This document shows, one piece after another, positions 24,569-34,449 of a stretch of DNA of 48,093 nt. Each line of letters begins with the position of its first letter. Positions within the stretch are counted from its first letter, which is position 1. This stretch comes from a virus. Its lineage: Duplodnaviria; Caudoviricetes. Both the position numbers and the translations under genes were made by a program. The notes under the pieces were generated by a model. That model searched no databases. It was given only the letters and a program-made list of their open reading frames with translations, and had not been told where the DNA came from. The stretch lies in IMG/VR virus record IMGVR_UViG_3300035562_000124, positions 1-48,093 of that record; one strand, written 5' to 3'.

Positions 24569-25564
24569 ATGAGTAAACCGGATTGGGCGGCAATTGCGCG
24601 AGAATACCGTGCCGGCCAGTTGTCGATCCGGGCGCTGGCTGAAAAGTATGGAATAAGTGATACAGCCATTCGCAAAAAGGCAAAAGCTGATAATTGGCCT
24701 AAGCCTGACAAGGTTCGCAAAGAAGGTTCGCAAAAAGGGAGTGCGAACCTGCGAACCAATACGCAAAAAAAGGCGCAGCAAAAAATTGAAAGCCAATTGC
24801 CTGTGCAATCTGAACCGGATAACGAATTTCAGTTCAATCCATCAGACTACGGGCTTTCAGAGCAGCAAGCGTTATTCGTTCACTGGTTTCTGATTAAAAA
24901 AAACCGCGTCGATGCATACCGGCAGGCTGGATACAAATGCCAGGGTAGTAGTGTCTACCCCGCCGCCAGTCAGGTATATCGAAATATTAACGTCCAACGG
25001 GCAATTCGGGACGGCTTGGAACGCCAACAAAAACGATATGGGGCCGAACTGGATGAAATCGTTCACCAGTTAGTTTCTATCACCAGGGCGGATCCGAATG
25101 ACCTTGTTCAATTCCGGCGAGTGAATTGCCGCCATTGCTGGGGAGAGAATAATCTTTATCAGTGGCGTGATATTGCCGAATTCGATAAGGCAGCGGAAAA
25201 GGCTTCCGTGGACGGTAAACCGGAACCTGAATATGGCGGTCTGGGATTTGTTGAAAATATCGATCCTAATCCCGAATGCCCTATTTGTTGCGGTGAAGGG
25301 GAAGGCCACACATTCATTTCTGATACGAGAAATCATATCGGCAGTGATGCTCGTTGGCTCTACGCCGGTATCAAACAAACCCAACACGGCATTCAGGTAA
25401 TAACTGCAGATCAGGATGCTGCCCGGAGAAATCTGATTCAACTGCTAACGGCTCAGCGTTCTGGTGGCCCAACCGGTGACAGGCAACCTGCCAATAGCTA
25501 CACCCAAGATGATTATCGTGCTGCTGCTGCATCGCTCGACGATGAGTTTAAGGATCTGGATTAA
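24569..25564 (+). CDS. Terminase small subunit
   Basis: N-terminal HTH, LSEQQALFV...AYRQAGY, CRHCWG...CPICCGEG. Confidence 0.85.
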   Translation: MSKPDWAAIAREYRAGQLSIRALAEKYGISDTAIRKKAKADNWPKPDKVRKEGSQKGSANLRTNTQKKAQQKIESQLPVQSEPDNEFQFNPSDYGLSEQQALFVHWFLIKKNRVDAYRQAGYKCQGSSVYPAASQVYRNINVQRAIRDGLERQQKRYGAELDEIVHQLVSITRADPNDLVQFRRVNCRHCWGENNLYQWRDIAEFDKAAEKASVDGKPEPEYGGLGFVENIDPNPECPICCGEGEGHTFISDTRNHIGSDARWLYAGIKQTQHGIQVITADQDAARRNLIQLLTAQRSGGPTGDRQPANSYTQDDYRAAAASLDDEFKDLD

Positions 25565-27204
25565 TGAGAATACTCGAATGGGAGGATCTCGATTTTCCTG
25601 CGCGGGTAGCATTGAAAGCCAAGTCTGAAAAAAGCTTCCTGAATTTTACCCGGTTGCAGTTCGAGTTGCAGAGTGGGCAGCGCATGATGGTCAACTGGCA
25701 TCACCGCCTGATGGCCTCGAAAATCGACGAACTGATTAAAGGTGAATTACGGCCGCGCAACCTGATCGTTAACATTCCGCCTGGCGGCACAAAAACGGAG
25801 TTTTTTTCGATACACCTGCCCGCCTACGTCAACATGTTGGTGCAGACTGAGAAATTACGCCGATTCCGCAACTTGAATGTTTCGTTCGCCGATACGCTGG
25901 TAAAGCGAAATTCCCGCCGTACTCGCGATCTGATCTTGAGCCGGGAGTATCAGGAATTCTGGCCGTGCAGCTTTGGTGTCAACCAGGCGGAAGAATGGGA
26001 AATTGTCGATCCGCGTGGCCGTTCTATCGGACAAACCGTATCACGCTCCAGCGGTGGGCAGATCACCGGTGGTCGTGGTGGTTACGCGGGGCCTGACTTC
26101 TCGGGTTTCGTCTGTCTGGACGATTACAACAAACCCGACGATATGTTTTCGGCGTCTCGCCGGGATGCCGCTAATCGCCTGCTGGTAAACACCATCCGTT
26201 CACGTCGTGGTGATAAGTCAAAGGATCACCCGACACCGTTCGTCAGCATCCAGCAACGTCTGCACATGAAAGACGCTACCGGTTTTATGCTGGCTGGCGG
26301 CATGGGCATAGATTTCCACCACGTCGCTATCCCGGCACTGGTCAGTGAAGAATTTATCGATTCACTGGCTGAACCGTGGCGCTCGATGTGCTGGAAACAG
26401 GTAAAAAACACCGAAAGCGTGGTGGTGAACGGTGTCCGGTATTGGTCCTACTGGCCTGAAAACGAGTATATCGGTGACCTGCTGAAATTGTGGGAAAGCG
26501 ATGAATACACGTTTTGGAGCCAGTACATGCAGCGGCCGCGTGCACTGACCGGTGGACTGATTGATACAGCTTGGTTCCCGCGTTACGAAACGTTGCCGCT
26601 TCTGACGCACCGTGCAGTTTACGTTGATACCAATAGCGGGAAGGTTGAGGACTATAACGATTACACGGCATTCACGCTGGTGGGAGTCGACCGGGCTAAA
26701 AATATCTACATCATCGACAGTGTACGCGGTCGCTGGGACCCGGAAGACTTGCTAAAAAAGGCTGTTGAGCTGTGGGAAAAATGGAAGCCGCATAACCCTC
26801 GCCAACCGGCTCCGCTTCGTCATATGGCGATAGAGGATAAGCAGGCGGGACAGGGACTGATCACCACGCTGAAAAAGCGCAAAAGCATCCCGATTCTTGA
26901 AATACCTCGCGGTGCTGGACAGAACAAGCTGATCCGCTGCCTGAACGTCATCCCTCAAATCAAAACCGGCACAGTCTATGTACCAGCCATCTTGGCCGAT
27001 GATGGCCGAAAAATCGCTTATGTGAAGTATCACGACGGCAGGATCGCAGCGACAACCGATTGGGTGCTGCCCGGCCTGGCTGAGTGTGCTGATTTTTCTG
27101 CCGACGATAGCCACGCGAACGATGACATGCTGGATACCTGGATGGATGCGATCGATATCGAACTGATTTCCTCCCTGGGGATCTCTGAAAAAGACTGGGT
27201 ATAA
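25564..27204 (+). CDS. Terminase large subunit
   Basis: NIPPGGTKT Walker A variant, CLDD Walker B, QQRLH, nuclease VDT/IED/DDMLD. Confidence 0.95.
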   Translation: MRILEWEDLDFPARVALKAKSEKSFLNFTRLQFELQSGQRMMVNWHHRLMASKIDELIKGELRPRNLIVNIPPGGTKTEFFSIHLPAYVNMLVQTEKLRRFRNLNVSFADTLVKRNSRRTRDLILSREYQEFWPCSFGVNQAEEWEIVDPRGRSIGQTVSRSSGGQITGGRGGYAGPDFSGFVCLDDYNKPDDMFSASRRDAANRLLVNTIRSRRGDKSKDHPTPFVSIQQRLHMKDATGFMLAGGMGIDFHHVAIPALVSEEFIDSLAEPWRSMCWKQVKNTESVVVNGVRYWSYWPENEYIGDLLKLWESDEYTFWSQYMQRPRALTGGLIDTAWFPRYETLPLLTHRAVYVDTNSGKVEDYNDYTAFTLVGVDRAKNIYIIDSVRGRWDPEDLLKKAVELWEKWKPHNPRQPAPLRHMAIEDKQAGQGLITTLKKRKSIPILEIPRGAGQNKLIRCLNVIPQIKTGTVYVPAILADDGRKIAYVKYHDGRIAATTDWVLPGLAECADFSADDSHANDDMLDTWMDAIDIELISSLGISEKDWV

Positions 27205-27206
27205 AA

Positions 27207-28607
27207 ATGAAAAAACGGTCATCACCTGATGTGGGCGGAAAGCCGCGTATACGCCTGACGGCCGACGGGCTTGAAAACGTAATGACCGGGATGGGGACCG
27301 AACGGGACCGCCGGACCTATAACCGATTCATGATCGGCACCATGCAGGATTTCGCCGAAATGGAATCCGCCTACATTGAAAATTGGATTGCGCGTGCCAT
27401 TGTCGATTTTCCTGTTGAAGATGCAACGCGTGAATGGCGCACGTTTTCAACTGACGACGCAAAGGCGCTACAGGATGCAGAAAAGCAATTCGGTATCCAG
27501 GCCATGACTCAAGATGCATTCCGCTGGGCTGGCGTTTACGGTGGTGCTGGGGTCTTGATGATTACAGATCAAGACCTCGCGAAACCGTTAAACCTGAAAA
27601 AAATTAAAAAGGGTTCGCTGAAACAGCTAAAGGTGCTAGACCGCATGCTGATCAACGGTTTCGATTACAACGTCACCAATATTTTGGCAGATAACTACAT
27701 GCGTCCGGAGGTATTCCGGGTAAACGGCGGGCTGCAAAATATTCACCACAGCCATTTTGTTGTTGCTCCGGGGGCTGCGCTCCCTATGAGGTTACGGCTG
27801 ATTAATGGTGGATGGGATGACAGTCAGTTGCGGCGTTGCCTGGATGACATCAAGGATTCAGTGGCGGCAAAGGGCGGCATTGCGTCTCTGATTCTGGAAG
27901 CCAACGTTGACACCATAACCCGTGCAAATCTGAGCAACGATCTTGCATCCGGTGATATGGATGAGGCGATCACCAAGCGTTATCGGTTATTTGGCATGAT
28001 GAAATCCCTTTTTCGCTTGGCACTGCTCGACAGTAATGAGTCATTTGATCGCAAGCCTGTTTCCTTCGGCGGCCTGGGTGAAATTCTTGCTGTGTTGATG
28101 GAATGGACATCGGGTGCTTCCGGGATACCCATGACGCGTCTGTTTGGCGTACAGGCGAAAGGTCTGGGCGACTCTGGACAGGGGGACATGAACAATTACA
28201 ACAACAATATTCGTGGGCAGCAAACCACAAAATACAGGCCGTTCCTCAACAAACTCGATGCTGTTTGGATCCGTTCAACGCTGGGCGTGATACCGGATGG
28301 CTACGATTTTGAATTTTCACCGTTGGCGCAGCCAAGCGATAGCGAACTTCATGATCAACGCCTGGCTGATGCGCAGGCTGATGATATTCGTTTGCAGCAG
28401 AAGGTGGTCAAACCGTCGCAGGTCGCCCGTAAATTAATGGATCAGGGACTCTATGGCATCGACGAATCTGATATTACCCGCATCGAAGACGATGAAAGCG
28501 CCGACCGCGACGGTGATTATCAATTCAGGCTGGGACAAACTGAAAGCCCGAATGACAACGGTGTCCCAGACACAACGGAAACCGATCCGGCCGGTAACGC
28601 TGAATGA
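27207..28607 (+). CDS. Portal protein (DUF1073 type)
   Basis: ARAIVDFPVEDATREW, GIPMTRLFG...G, FEFSPL; follows TerL. Confidence 0.9.
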   Translation: MKKRSSPDVGGKPRIRLTADGLENVMTGMGTERDRRTYNRFMIGTMQDFAEMESAYIENWIARAIVDFPVEDATREWRTFSTDDAKALQDAEKQFGIQAMTQDAFRWAGVYGGAGVLMITDQDLAKPLNLKKIKKGSLKQLKVLDRMLINGFDYNVTNILADNYMRPEVFRVNGGLQNIHHSHFVVAPGAALPMRLRLINGGWDDSQLRRCLDDIKDSVAAKGGIASLILEANVDTITRANLSNDLASGDMDEAITKRYRLFGMMKSLFRLALLDSNESFDRKPVSFGGLGEILAVLMEWTSGASGIPMTRLFGVQAKGLGDSGQGDMNNYNNNIRGQQTTKYRPFLNKLDAVWIRSTLGVIPDGYDFEFSPLAQPSDSELHDQRLADAQADDIRLQQKVVKPSQVARKLMDQGLYGIDESDITRIEDDESADRDGDYQFRLGQTESPNDNGVPDTTETDPAGNAE

Positions 28608-29409
28608 CGATACAGAGAAATTCTACAATGGCCAGTTACGGGCGGTAATCCGATTAATGGCAGGTACGGTCGAATCTGTGCTTATTCCGGTACTGCGCCG
28701 CAACTATACCGCTGATAGTTTTCTTACTGATCTGATTAAAGAGGCCATTCGGCAAGCGTCTGAGCAATTTTACTCGTCGACGTTGCAATCGCAGTTTCAC
28801 CGGCTGGCTCAAACGGTGGTCAGTCGGGCAGAGTCCGATTCATCCGACGCGTTTATTGAGCAGATTAACCGGTCAATAGGCATTGATATGTCTGCGTTGG
28901 TGACGCGGGAAAGCCTGGGTGATTTTTTTGATGCGTCGGTAGAAAGTAACGTCGCGCTGATCAAATCATTATCGTCTGATTACTTTGATGACATTCAGCG
29001 TGAGGTGATGGATAGCATCATGCGGGGTGACAGCGTTACTACGTTGACACGTAACTTGCAGCAGGTCACCGGGGCAGCTTACAAACATGCTCACCTTATT
29101 GCCCGTGACCAGACGGCGAAGATACGCAGTGATACGACCAGCAGACGGCAACAATCAGCCGGCATTGCGCGATTCCGCTGGTCTACATCACAGGACCGCC
29201 GCGTAAGCGGTAATCCTGCAGGCAAATACCCCAACGCCAAAATTAAATGCTTTGTGCTTTCCCGTAACGACGTGGGCTATGGGCCGGGGGTTTATCTCTG
29301 GTCACGTGGTGCGCAATTCAACGGTGAAACAGGTTTATTCCCCGGGCGGGCCCATATCGGTTGCCGCTGTCATGCCATTCCCCAGATTCAGGGACTTGAT
29401 TACCAATAG
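28552..29409 (+). CDS. Minor head protein (SPP1 gp7/Mu F-like); start uncertain
   Basis: LIARDQTAK, FRWSTSQDRRV, PGRAHIGCRCHAIP. Confidence 0.9.
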   Translation: MTTVSQTQRKPIRPVTLNDDTEKFYNGQLRAVIRLMAGTVESVLIPVLRRNYTADSFLTDLIKEAIRQASEQFYSSTLQSQFHRLAQTVVSRAESDSSDAFIEQINRSIGIDMSALVTRESLGDFFDASVESNVALIKSLSSDYFDDIQREVMDSIMRGDSVTTLTRNLQQVTGAAYKHAHLIARDQTAKIRSDTTSRRQQSAGIARFRWSTSQDRRVSGNPAGKYPNAKIKCFVLSRNDVGYGPGVYLWSRGAQFNGETGLFPGRAHIGCRCHAIPQIQGLDYQ

Positions 29410-29417
29410 GACAATAA

Positions 29418-30602
29418 ATGCGGATCACTCTCCACGATCGGCAGTCCTTTCCTATTAACACCCAACGCATCATTGCCGAGAACGGTTATTTGCGCGTTCC
29501 GGGGCGGGTTGCTCGCACCGGCGTGCAGCAATACCTCGCGTCTGAGCTGGGGTTAACGGACAGGCCGCCAAATAGCATCGTTAACGTGTACCGGCCGCCG
29601 GAAGAGGTATTTTCACCGGCCAGCCTCGCCAGTTATGACAACACCGATGTCACGGTAGAACACCCCGACGATCTTGTTGATTCCATCACCTTTAAGCAGG
29701 TGTCGGTAGGGCATGCCGTATCGCCCGGACGCCCTGATGAAGACGATAAGAATTATGTTGTCGTCGATTACCTGATTAAAGCGCAGGAGGCCATCGACAG
29801 CGTAAACCGAGGCAAGGCAGAGCTTTCTGCCGGTTATACCTCTGAATACGTTGAGCGCCCCGGTGTTGCACCGGATGGTACCCCTTATGAGTTCGTGCAA
29901 ACGAATATCACCATCAACCACACCGCGCTCTGTGACCAGGCTCGCGCCGGTCGCCGCGCACGATTGTTTGACAAAAAAACCACGGAGAAACAACCCATGC
30001 CAAAAGTAACTTTGGACAGTGGCGTCAAAGTTGACGTTGCCGATGAGGCAACGCAAACGCTGATCCAGACCACTATCGACAGCCTGAGAAAGCGCGTGAA
30101 GGATGCCGAAGAGGAAGCCCAAAAAGCGGAAGAGGAAAAGGAAGCGGCCGAGGCCAAGGCCGATGCCAAAGACGACGAAATCGAAGAACTGAAGGAAAAA
30201 GCCTCAGAAGATGCGATCTCCAGCCGTCTGGCCGATGTTATTTCCGCTATGGACTCCGCCGTAAAAATTGCCGGTAAGGAATTTACCAGTGATTCCGTCA
30301 ATCCACTGACCATTAAGCGTCAGGCACTCGATGCCGCCGGTATCAAATGCAAAAAACATGCGTCCTGGGATAAAGCGCCAGATGCCTATGTCACCGCGTA
30401 TTTTGACGCTGAAGAAGAGCGCAAAGAAATCGAAGACGAGGAAGAGGATGACGAACGGCAGGAGGCGAAAGACTCCGTGCGCCGCCTGGGTGGGGAACTG
30501 GGTAAAAAAGTGAAATTCGGCGATGCCGAAGCACAACGTCTAGCCACTCGTCAGGCGTTCCTGGATAAGCGTTATGGCCGTAACCAAGAGGGCAAAAAAT
30601 AA
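29418..30602 (+). CDS. Prohead protease/scaffold (DUF2213 type)
   Basis: VARTGVQQY, ELSAGY, NHTALCDQARAG; acidic coiled-coil C-terminus. Confidence 0.9.
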   Translation: MRITLHDRQSFPINTQRIIAENGYLRVPGRVARTGVQQYLASELGLTDRPPNSIVNVYRPPEEVFSPASLASYDNTDVTVEHPDDLVDSITFKQVSVGHAVSPGRPDEDDKNYVVVDYLIKAQEAIDSVNRGKAELSAGYTSEYVERPGVAPDGTPYEFVQTNITINHTALCDQARAGRRARLFDKKTTEKQPMPKVTLDSGVKVDVADEATQTLIQTTIDSLRKRVKDAEEEAQKAEEEKEAAEAKADAKDDEIEELKEKASEDAISSRLADVISAMDSAVKIAGKEFTSDSVNPLTIKRQALDAAGIKCKKHASWDKAPDAYVTAYFDAEEERKEIEDEEEDDERQEAKDSVRRLGGELGKKVKFGDAEAQRLATRQAFLDKRYGRNQEGKK

Positions 30603-31210
30603 TGGCAATTGCACAGAATGATTTCACGGTATTCCGTGGGCGTGGCTATGAAGGCCAGATTTCCACCATTGATGTTGCAGACGTTATCAGCCGCATGGTG
30701 GAAGACGCCTTTATCGCGTACGGGCGTGCTGCCGTGCGTGGTGTGGGCAAGCGCACCTGTGCACCGGTAACGGCTGCCAGCAAAGCCGCCGATATTATCG
30801 GTTTCACGGTTCGCTCGATGGCCGAAGCCAGCCCAACACCCCCGACCGAAAATGGCGAGTATGCGATCGGCTATCCCGTCGACCATGTTGCCTCGCTGAT
30901 GCGCAGAGGGGCGATGTACATCTTGTGCGTTGATGGCGCCATGGCCGGTGACCCAGTGAGTGTTATCACCGAAGAAGGGGAAAATCTCGGGCGTCTCACC
31001 ACCGGTGGTGATGGCCTTGTACTCGATTTTGTTAAGTGGGTGGATACCGTGGCCGCAGGTGAAATCGGCGAAATTCAGGTTGACGGCATTATGGCCGGTG
31101 CTGGCGGTGGGGGGGGAACTCAGGGACCAAAAGGTGATAAGGGCGACACAGGACCCGCGGGACCAGAAGGTCCGCAAGGGCCAAAAGGTGACAAAGGCGA
31201 TCCGGCGTAA
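30602..31210 (+). CDS. Capsid cement/decoration protein with C-terminal collagen-like extension
   Basis: Between scaffold and capsid genes; IAYGRAAVRG; ten Gly-X-Y triplets at the C-terminus. Confidence 0.8.
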   Translation: MAIAQNDFTVFRGRGYEGQISTIDVADVISRMVEDAFIAYGRAAVRGVGKRTCAPVTAASKAADIIGFTVRSMAEASPTPPTENGEYAIGYPVDHVASLMRRGAMYILCVDGAMAGDPVSVITEEGENLGRLTTGGDGLVLDFVKWVDTVAAGEIGEIQVDGIMAGAGGGGGTQGPKGDKGDTGPAGPEGPQGPKGDKGDPA

Positions 31211-31275
31211 TGCCGGATTTTTCATTTCAGCGCCCGTCAAATATTGAATTATTGAAAGATTGAGGAAGAAAACAG

Positions 31276-32214
31276 ATGGCTAGAAACGTTTTTGACATGT
31301 CGCCGACCGCTGCGCTGTCCTTTTTGGTGCAACAGGCCGCTTACATCGAGAGCGAGATTTATCGCCTTGAATACCCGCAATACAAATACAGCTCGTTGGT
31401 TCCGCTGGATGACTCCGCACCTGATTGGACGAAACAGGTTGTCTTCCGTTCGGTTGATGCCCGCGGTGAGTTGAAACTCTTTGGCCCGAATTCTACCGAT
31501 GTGCCGACCGTGGACATCGCGATGAATCAGGGCTTCCACGAAATCAAAACCGCAGCGCTGGGGTATACCTACACGCTGGAAGAAATTGGTTTTGCCCAGC
31601 TCAACAACGTCAATCTGGACGTTGAGAAAGGCCAGGCTGTTCGTGATGTGACAGAGCAGGGGATGAATAAAATCTATCTGCTGGGCCACGATGAAATCGG
31701 CGAAGGCCTGTTCACCAGTGGAAATGTGTCCAAAGAAACCGCACCCGCCACGCTGAAACAACTGGTGGCCGATATTCCGACCAAAGGCACGCAGCCTATC
31801 GTCGATTTATTTGCCGCTGGCTATAACCAGGTCTACTTAACCAACACCAAAACGGTACGCCGCCCCACTGATTTTATTCTGCCACCAGAGCAGATGCAGT
31901 TGTTGATGCGCACCATGCTTAACTCCTCCAACGCCTCGAACTACACACTGTTGCAGTTCTTGCGTGAAAACTTCAAGGATATGGATTTCACCGACGATCT
32001 GCTGCTGACGAAAGCAGATGGCGGCCACGCGGCGGATCGCATGATGGTGTATCAGAAAGACATGCGTGTGGTGAAAGGGCACGACGTGATGCCGCTGCAA
32101 TTCCTGGCACCGGCTACCGCCGACAATATCAACTTTAAGGTGCCGGCCATTTGCCGCACCGGCGGCACGGAATGGCGTATTCCGAAAGCGGCTCACTACG
32201 TGGACGGGGTGTAA
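31276..32214 (+). CDS. Major capsid protein (DUF2184 type, HK97 fold)
   Basis: LGYTYTLEEI, LLQFLREN, RTGGTEWRIPKA; GAGG RBS. Confidence 0.9.
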   Translation: MARNVFDMSPTAALSFLVQQAAYIESEIYRLEYPQYKYSSLVPLDDSAPDWTKQVVFRSVDARGELKLFGPNSTDVPTVDIAMNQGFHEIKTAALGYTYTLEEIGFAQLNNVNLDVEKGQAVRDVTEQGMNKIYLLGHDEIGEGLFTSGNVSKETAPATLKQLVADIPTKGTQPIVDLFAAGYNQVYLTNTKTVRRPTDFILPPEQMQLLMRTMLNSSNASNYTLLQFLRENFKDMDFTDDLLLTKADGGHAADRMMVYQKDMRVVKGHDVMPLQFLAPATADNINFKVPAICRTGGTEWRIPKAAHYVDGV

Positions 32215-32216
32215 AC

Positions 32217-32528
32217 ATGGCTGAGTTGATGAACTGGAGTAATGCTCCGATCGTGATCACCGACGAAAATGGTGATCGCCACACTATTCCTGCGCAGGGG
32301 ACTGCTAACGTGGAGGGGGATTTTTCCTCCCACCCCTACGTAGCCAGCGGCGAATTGTCCGTGGACGGCGAGCTGGTTGGCAAAAAGCAAAATGACGGGC
32401 AGACGGATATGCAGAAATTGCGCACCCGATATAAAGCCATCTTTGGAAAAGTCCCGCCACCTGCAGCAAAAGCAGTGACGCTGATCAAAAAAATTGAGGA
32501 ATGGCAAGAGCAGCAGGACGAAGATTAA
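32217..32528 (+). CDS. Hypothetical head-associated protein
   Basis: ORF starting 2 nt after the capsid stop. Confidence 0.75.
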   Translation: MAELMNWSNAPIVITDENGDRHTIPAQGTANVEGDFSSHPYVASGELSVDGELVGKKQNDGQTDMQKLRTRYKAIFGKVPPPAAKAVTLIKKIEEWQEQQDED

Positions 32529-32544
32529 CCCGCCGTATTGTTTG

Positions 32545-32578
32545 GCATCGAACCCGCCGAGTATGGCGGGTTTTTTTA
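32545..32578 (+). terminator. Terminator after head genes
   Basis: AACCCGCC-GAGTAT-GGCGGGTT followed by T-tract. Confidence 0.8.
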
Positions 32579-32589
32579 TGGGGTTTCGG

Positions 32590-33012
32590 ATGGATATTAC
32601 AGCCAAAATTGTGACGGATTTCCGGACGTATTACCCGGAATTTAAGGACACCGCCCGGTGGCCCGATGATGAAGTGATCCTCGCGCTGGAGGAAGGTGAT
32701 TCAGAAACCGGCAAGCGCTGGTTGGGGTATTACGATCGCCCCGCGTCTATTAAAAAACGCGGGATGTTCGCTTTTGCTGCGCACCGCCTGATTATGCGTC
32801 GCCGTGCAATGGGTGAAGATGGCGAAGGAGGGGATGCGGGTGCGGCCTACGCGATTTCAGGTAAATCGGTTGGGGATGAGTCCACGTCGTTTGCTGTGCC
32901 GTCGACATCGATGGAGGAGCAGACGATTAACGGCGATCTGCCGCTGACATCCTACGGTGTTGAATTCCTGCGCTTGCGTCGTCGTGCCGGTACCGGAGCG
33001 CTGATGGTATGA
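32590..33012 (+). CDS. Head-tail adaptor (DUF4054 type)
   Basis: FRTYYPEF, AAHRL, TSYGVEFLRL. Confidence 0.85.
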   Translation: MDITAKIVTDFRTYYPEFKDTARWPDDEVILALEEGDSETGKRWLGYYDRPASIKKRGMFAFAAHRLIMRRRAMGEDGEGGDAGAAYAISGKSVGDESTSFAVPSTSMEEQTINGDLPLTSYGVEFLRLRRRAGTGALMV

Positions 33013-33476
33013 AAATGCGAGTTGAAGTGCGAGGAGGTAACAAAATCGCGCAAAAGCTGAAGCAGATACAGGATCGTGTGATGGCTAAGCGCCGGGTGCT
33101 GGTAGGCATTCCCTTGGGGGCCGGTGCCTATGAAGATGGAGCACCCATTGCAGTGATCGGTGCTGTGCAGGAATTTGGCTCTGCTGATGGTCGAGTGCCA
33201 GAACGTTCATTTCTTCGTGTCCCCCTTCGCCAGAATCAGGACAACATCAAAAAGGCATTCCGCTCGCTCACCGGCCAAGTCACGCGTGGGGAAATTACCG
33301 CGTTTCAGATGTTGGATCAGATTGGTGCCCGAGCAGCCGGCTATTGCCAGGAAGCCATTGAAACGGGTATCGCACCAGAGAACGCCCCGTCGACCATTGC
33401 CGGTAAAGGGTCATCTACCCCACTGATTAACCATGGCGCCCTCAAAGGGGTCATAACCCACGTTGTGGAGGACTAA
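33009..33476 (+). CDS. Neck/tail-completion protein
   Basis: QEFG...PERSFLR, NAPSTIAGKGSSTPLI. Confidence 0.85.
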   Translation: MKMRVEVRGGNKIAQKLKQIQDRVMAKRRVLVGIPLGAGAYEDGAPIAVIGAVQEFGSADGRVPERSFLRVPLRQNQDNIKKAFRSLTGQVTRGEITAFQMLDQIGARAAGYCQEAIETGIAPENAPSTIAGKGSSTPLINHGALKGVITHVVED

Positions 33477-33478
33477 CC

Positions 33479-33898
33479 ATGTTTGGTAATGGGCTGGACA
33501 TGCGTGGTCATGTCGATTCGACGTTTAATTCAAAAATTACCGGTGGGGTGCGGATTATTCGGCCAGCTGCAGGCGGATTTACCGGCCCCGGTGGGGTTTG
33601 GGAGCAGGGCGACGCGAGTATTATTGAACTTTCTCTCGTCAATGTGCAGCCAGCCCGTTGGAAAGACATGCAGTTTTTGATTGGTCAGGGCGGCACGGCG
33701 AATCCCCAAGACGCCCGGGCAGTCCACATCAACGATGGCGTGAATTACCTCTACCCAGATGATGCCGGTAAGTTTTCCGACATGCTGGAGTTTTCCGACG
33801 GGTTAGCTGTGCGCCGTTGGCGCGTCATGAGCTGTGACAATCGACCATGGCGCAATTTCTGCCGCGCCGTAGTCGAACGCTATCGGGGGGCTGGCTGA
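33479..33898 (+). CDS. Head-closure/neck protein
   Basis: Position in the neck module; GGAG RBS. Confidence 0.7.
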   Translation: MFGNGLDMRGHVDSTFNSKITGGVRIIRPAAGGFTGPGGVWEQGDASIIELSLVNVQPARWKDMQFLIGQGGTANPQDARAVHINDGVNYLYPDDAGKFSDMLEFSDGLAVRRWRVMSCDNRPWRNFCRAVVERYRGAG

Positions 33899-34443
33899 TG
33901 CGTGAAATTGACGAGCTGAGAGAGCCACTACAGGCGTTAGTCGCGCTGGCAGCAGGCATGACCACCCAAACGGTGGTTCTTGCAGACCAGGGACGTTCTA
34001 CGGATGAATTTGGGCTGTCTCTTTATGCTACCTACAATCCGATCCCGGTACGGGCTTATGGCCAGGTTAGGTTCACGCGCGATGTGGTGGCACCTGTAGA
34101 AGATGTGGATCCGTCATTGGGTGATGACTGGACAGACTTCAATGAAACCGCCTGTACGTCGATTGAGTTGATGCTGTCAGTGAATTTCTTCAATGCAGGC
34201 GCAGCACAGGCGGCGATGATGCTGCAAAACGCCAATTTCCGTTTGCCTGTCAGCGAATATCTCTTCAATAACAAACTGGCATGGCGTTATGCCAGCACCC
34301 CGCGAAACCTCAGCGCGTTGTACCAGGCAGGCATTCAGCAGCGCTACCAATCCGATATCCAGCTTTTCGTTGAACATCGCGTCTCTTACAGCGTATTACG
34401 CGCCGCAGGAGTCGACATCATTACTCATGATTACAGGAGATAG
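33898..34443 (+). CDS. Tail terminator protein
   Basis: TGATG coupling; lies immediately before the sheath gene. Confidence 0.7.
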   Translation: MREIDELREPLQALVALAAGMTTQTVVLADQGRSTDEFGLSLYATYNPIPVRAYGQVRFTRDVVAPVEDVDPSLGDDWTDFNETACTSIELMLSVNFFNAGAAQAAMMLQNANFRLPVSEYLFNNKLAWRYASTPRNLSALYQAGIQQRYQSDIQLFVEHRVSYSVLRAAGVDIITHDYRR

Positions 34444-34449
34444 TGCACG

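Noticed and set aside
27207-28607. Possible anti-CBASS Acb1 annotation for the DUF1073 protein
   Set aside because: Size, motifs and position after TerL indicate a portal; no appended phosphoesterase domain is evident
30572-31240. Long antisense ORFs in the head/tail region (e.g. 222 aa here, 235 aa at 43208-43915)
   Set aside because: Shadows of well-supported + strand genes, without RBS or recognisable motifs
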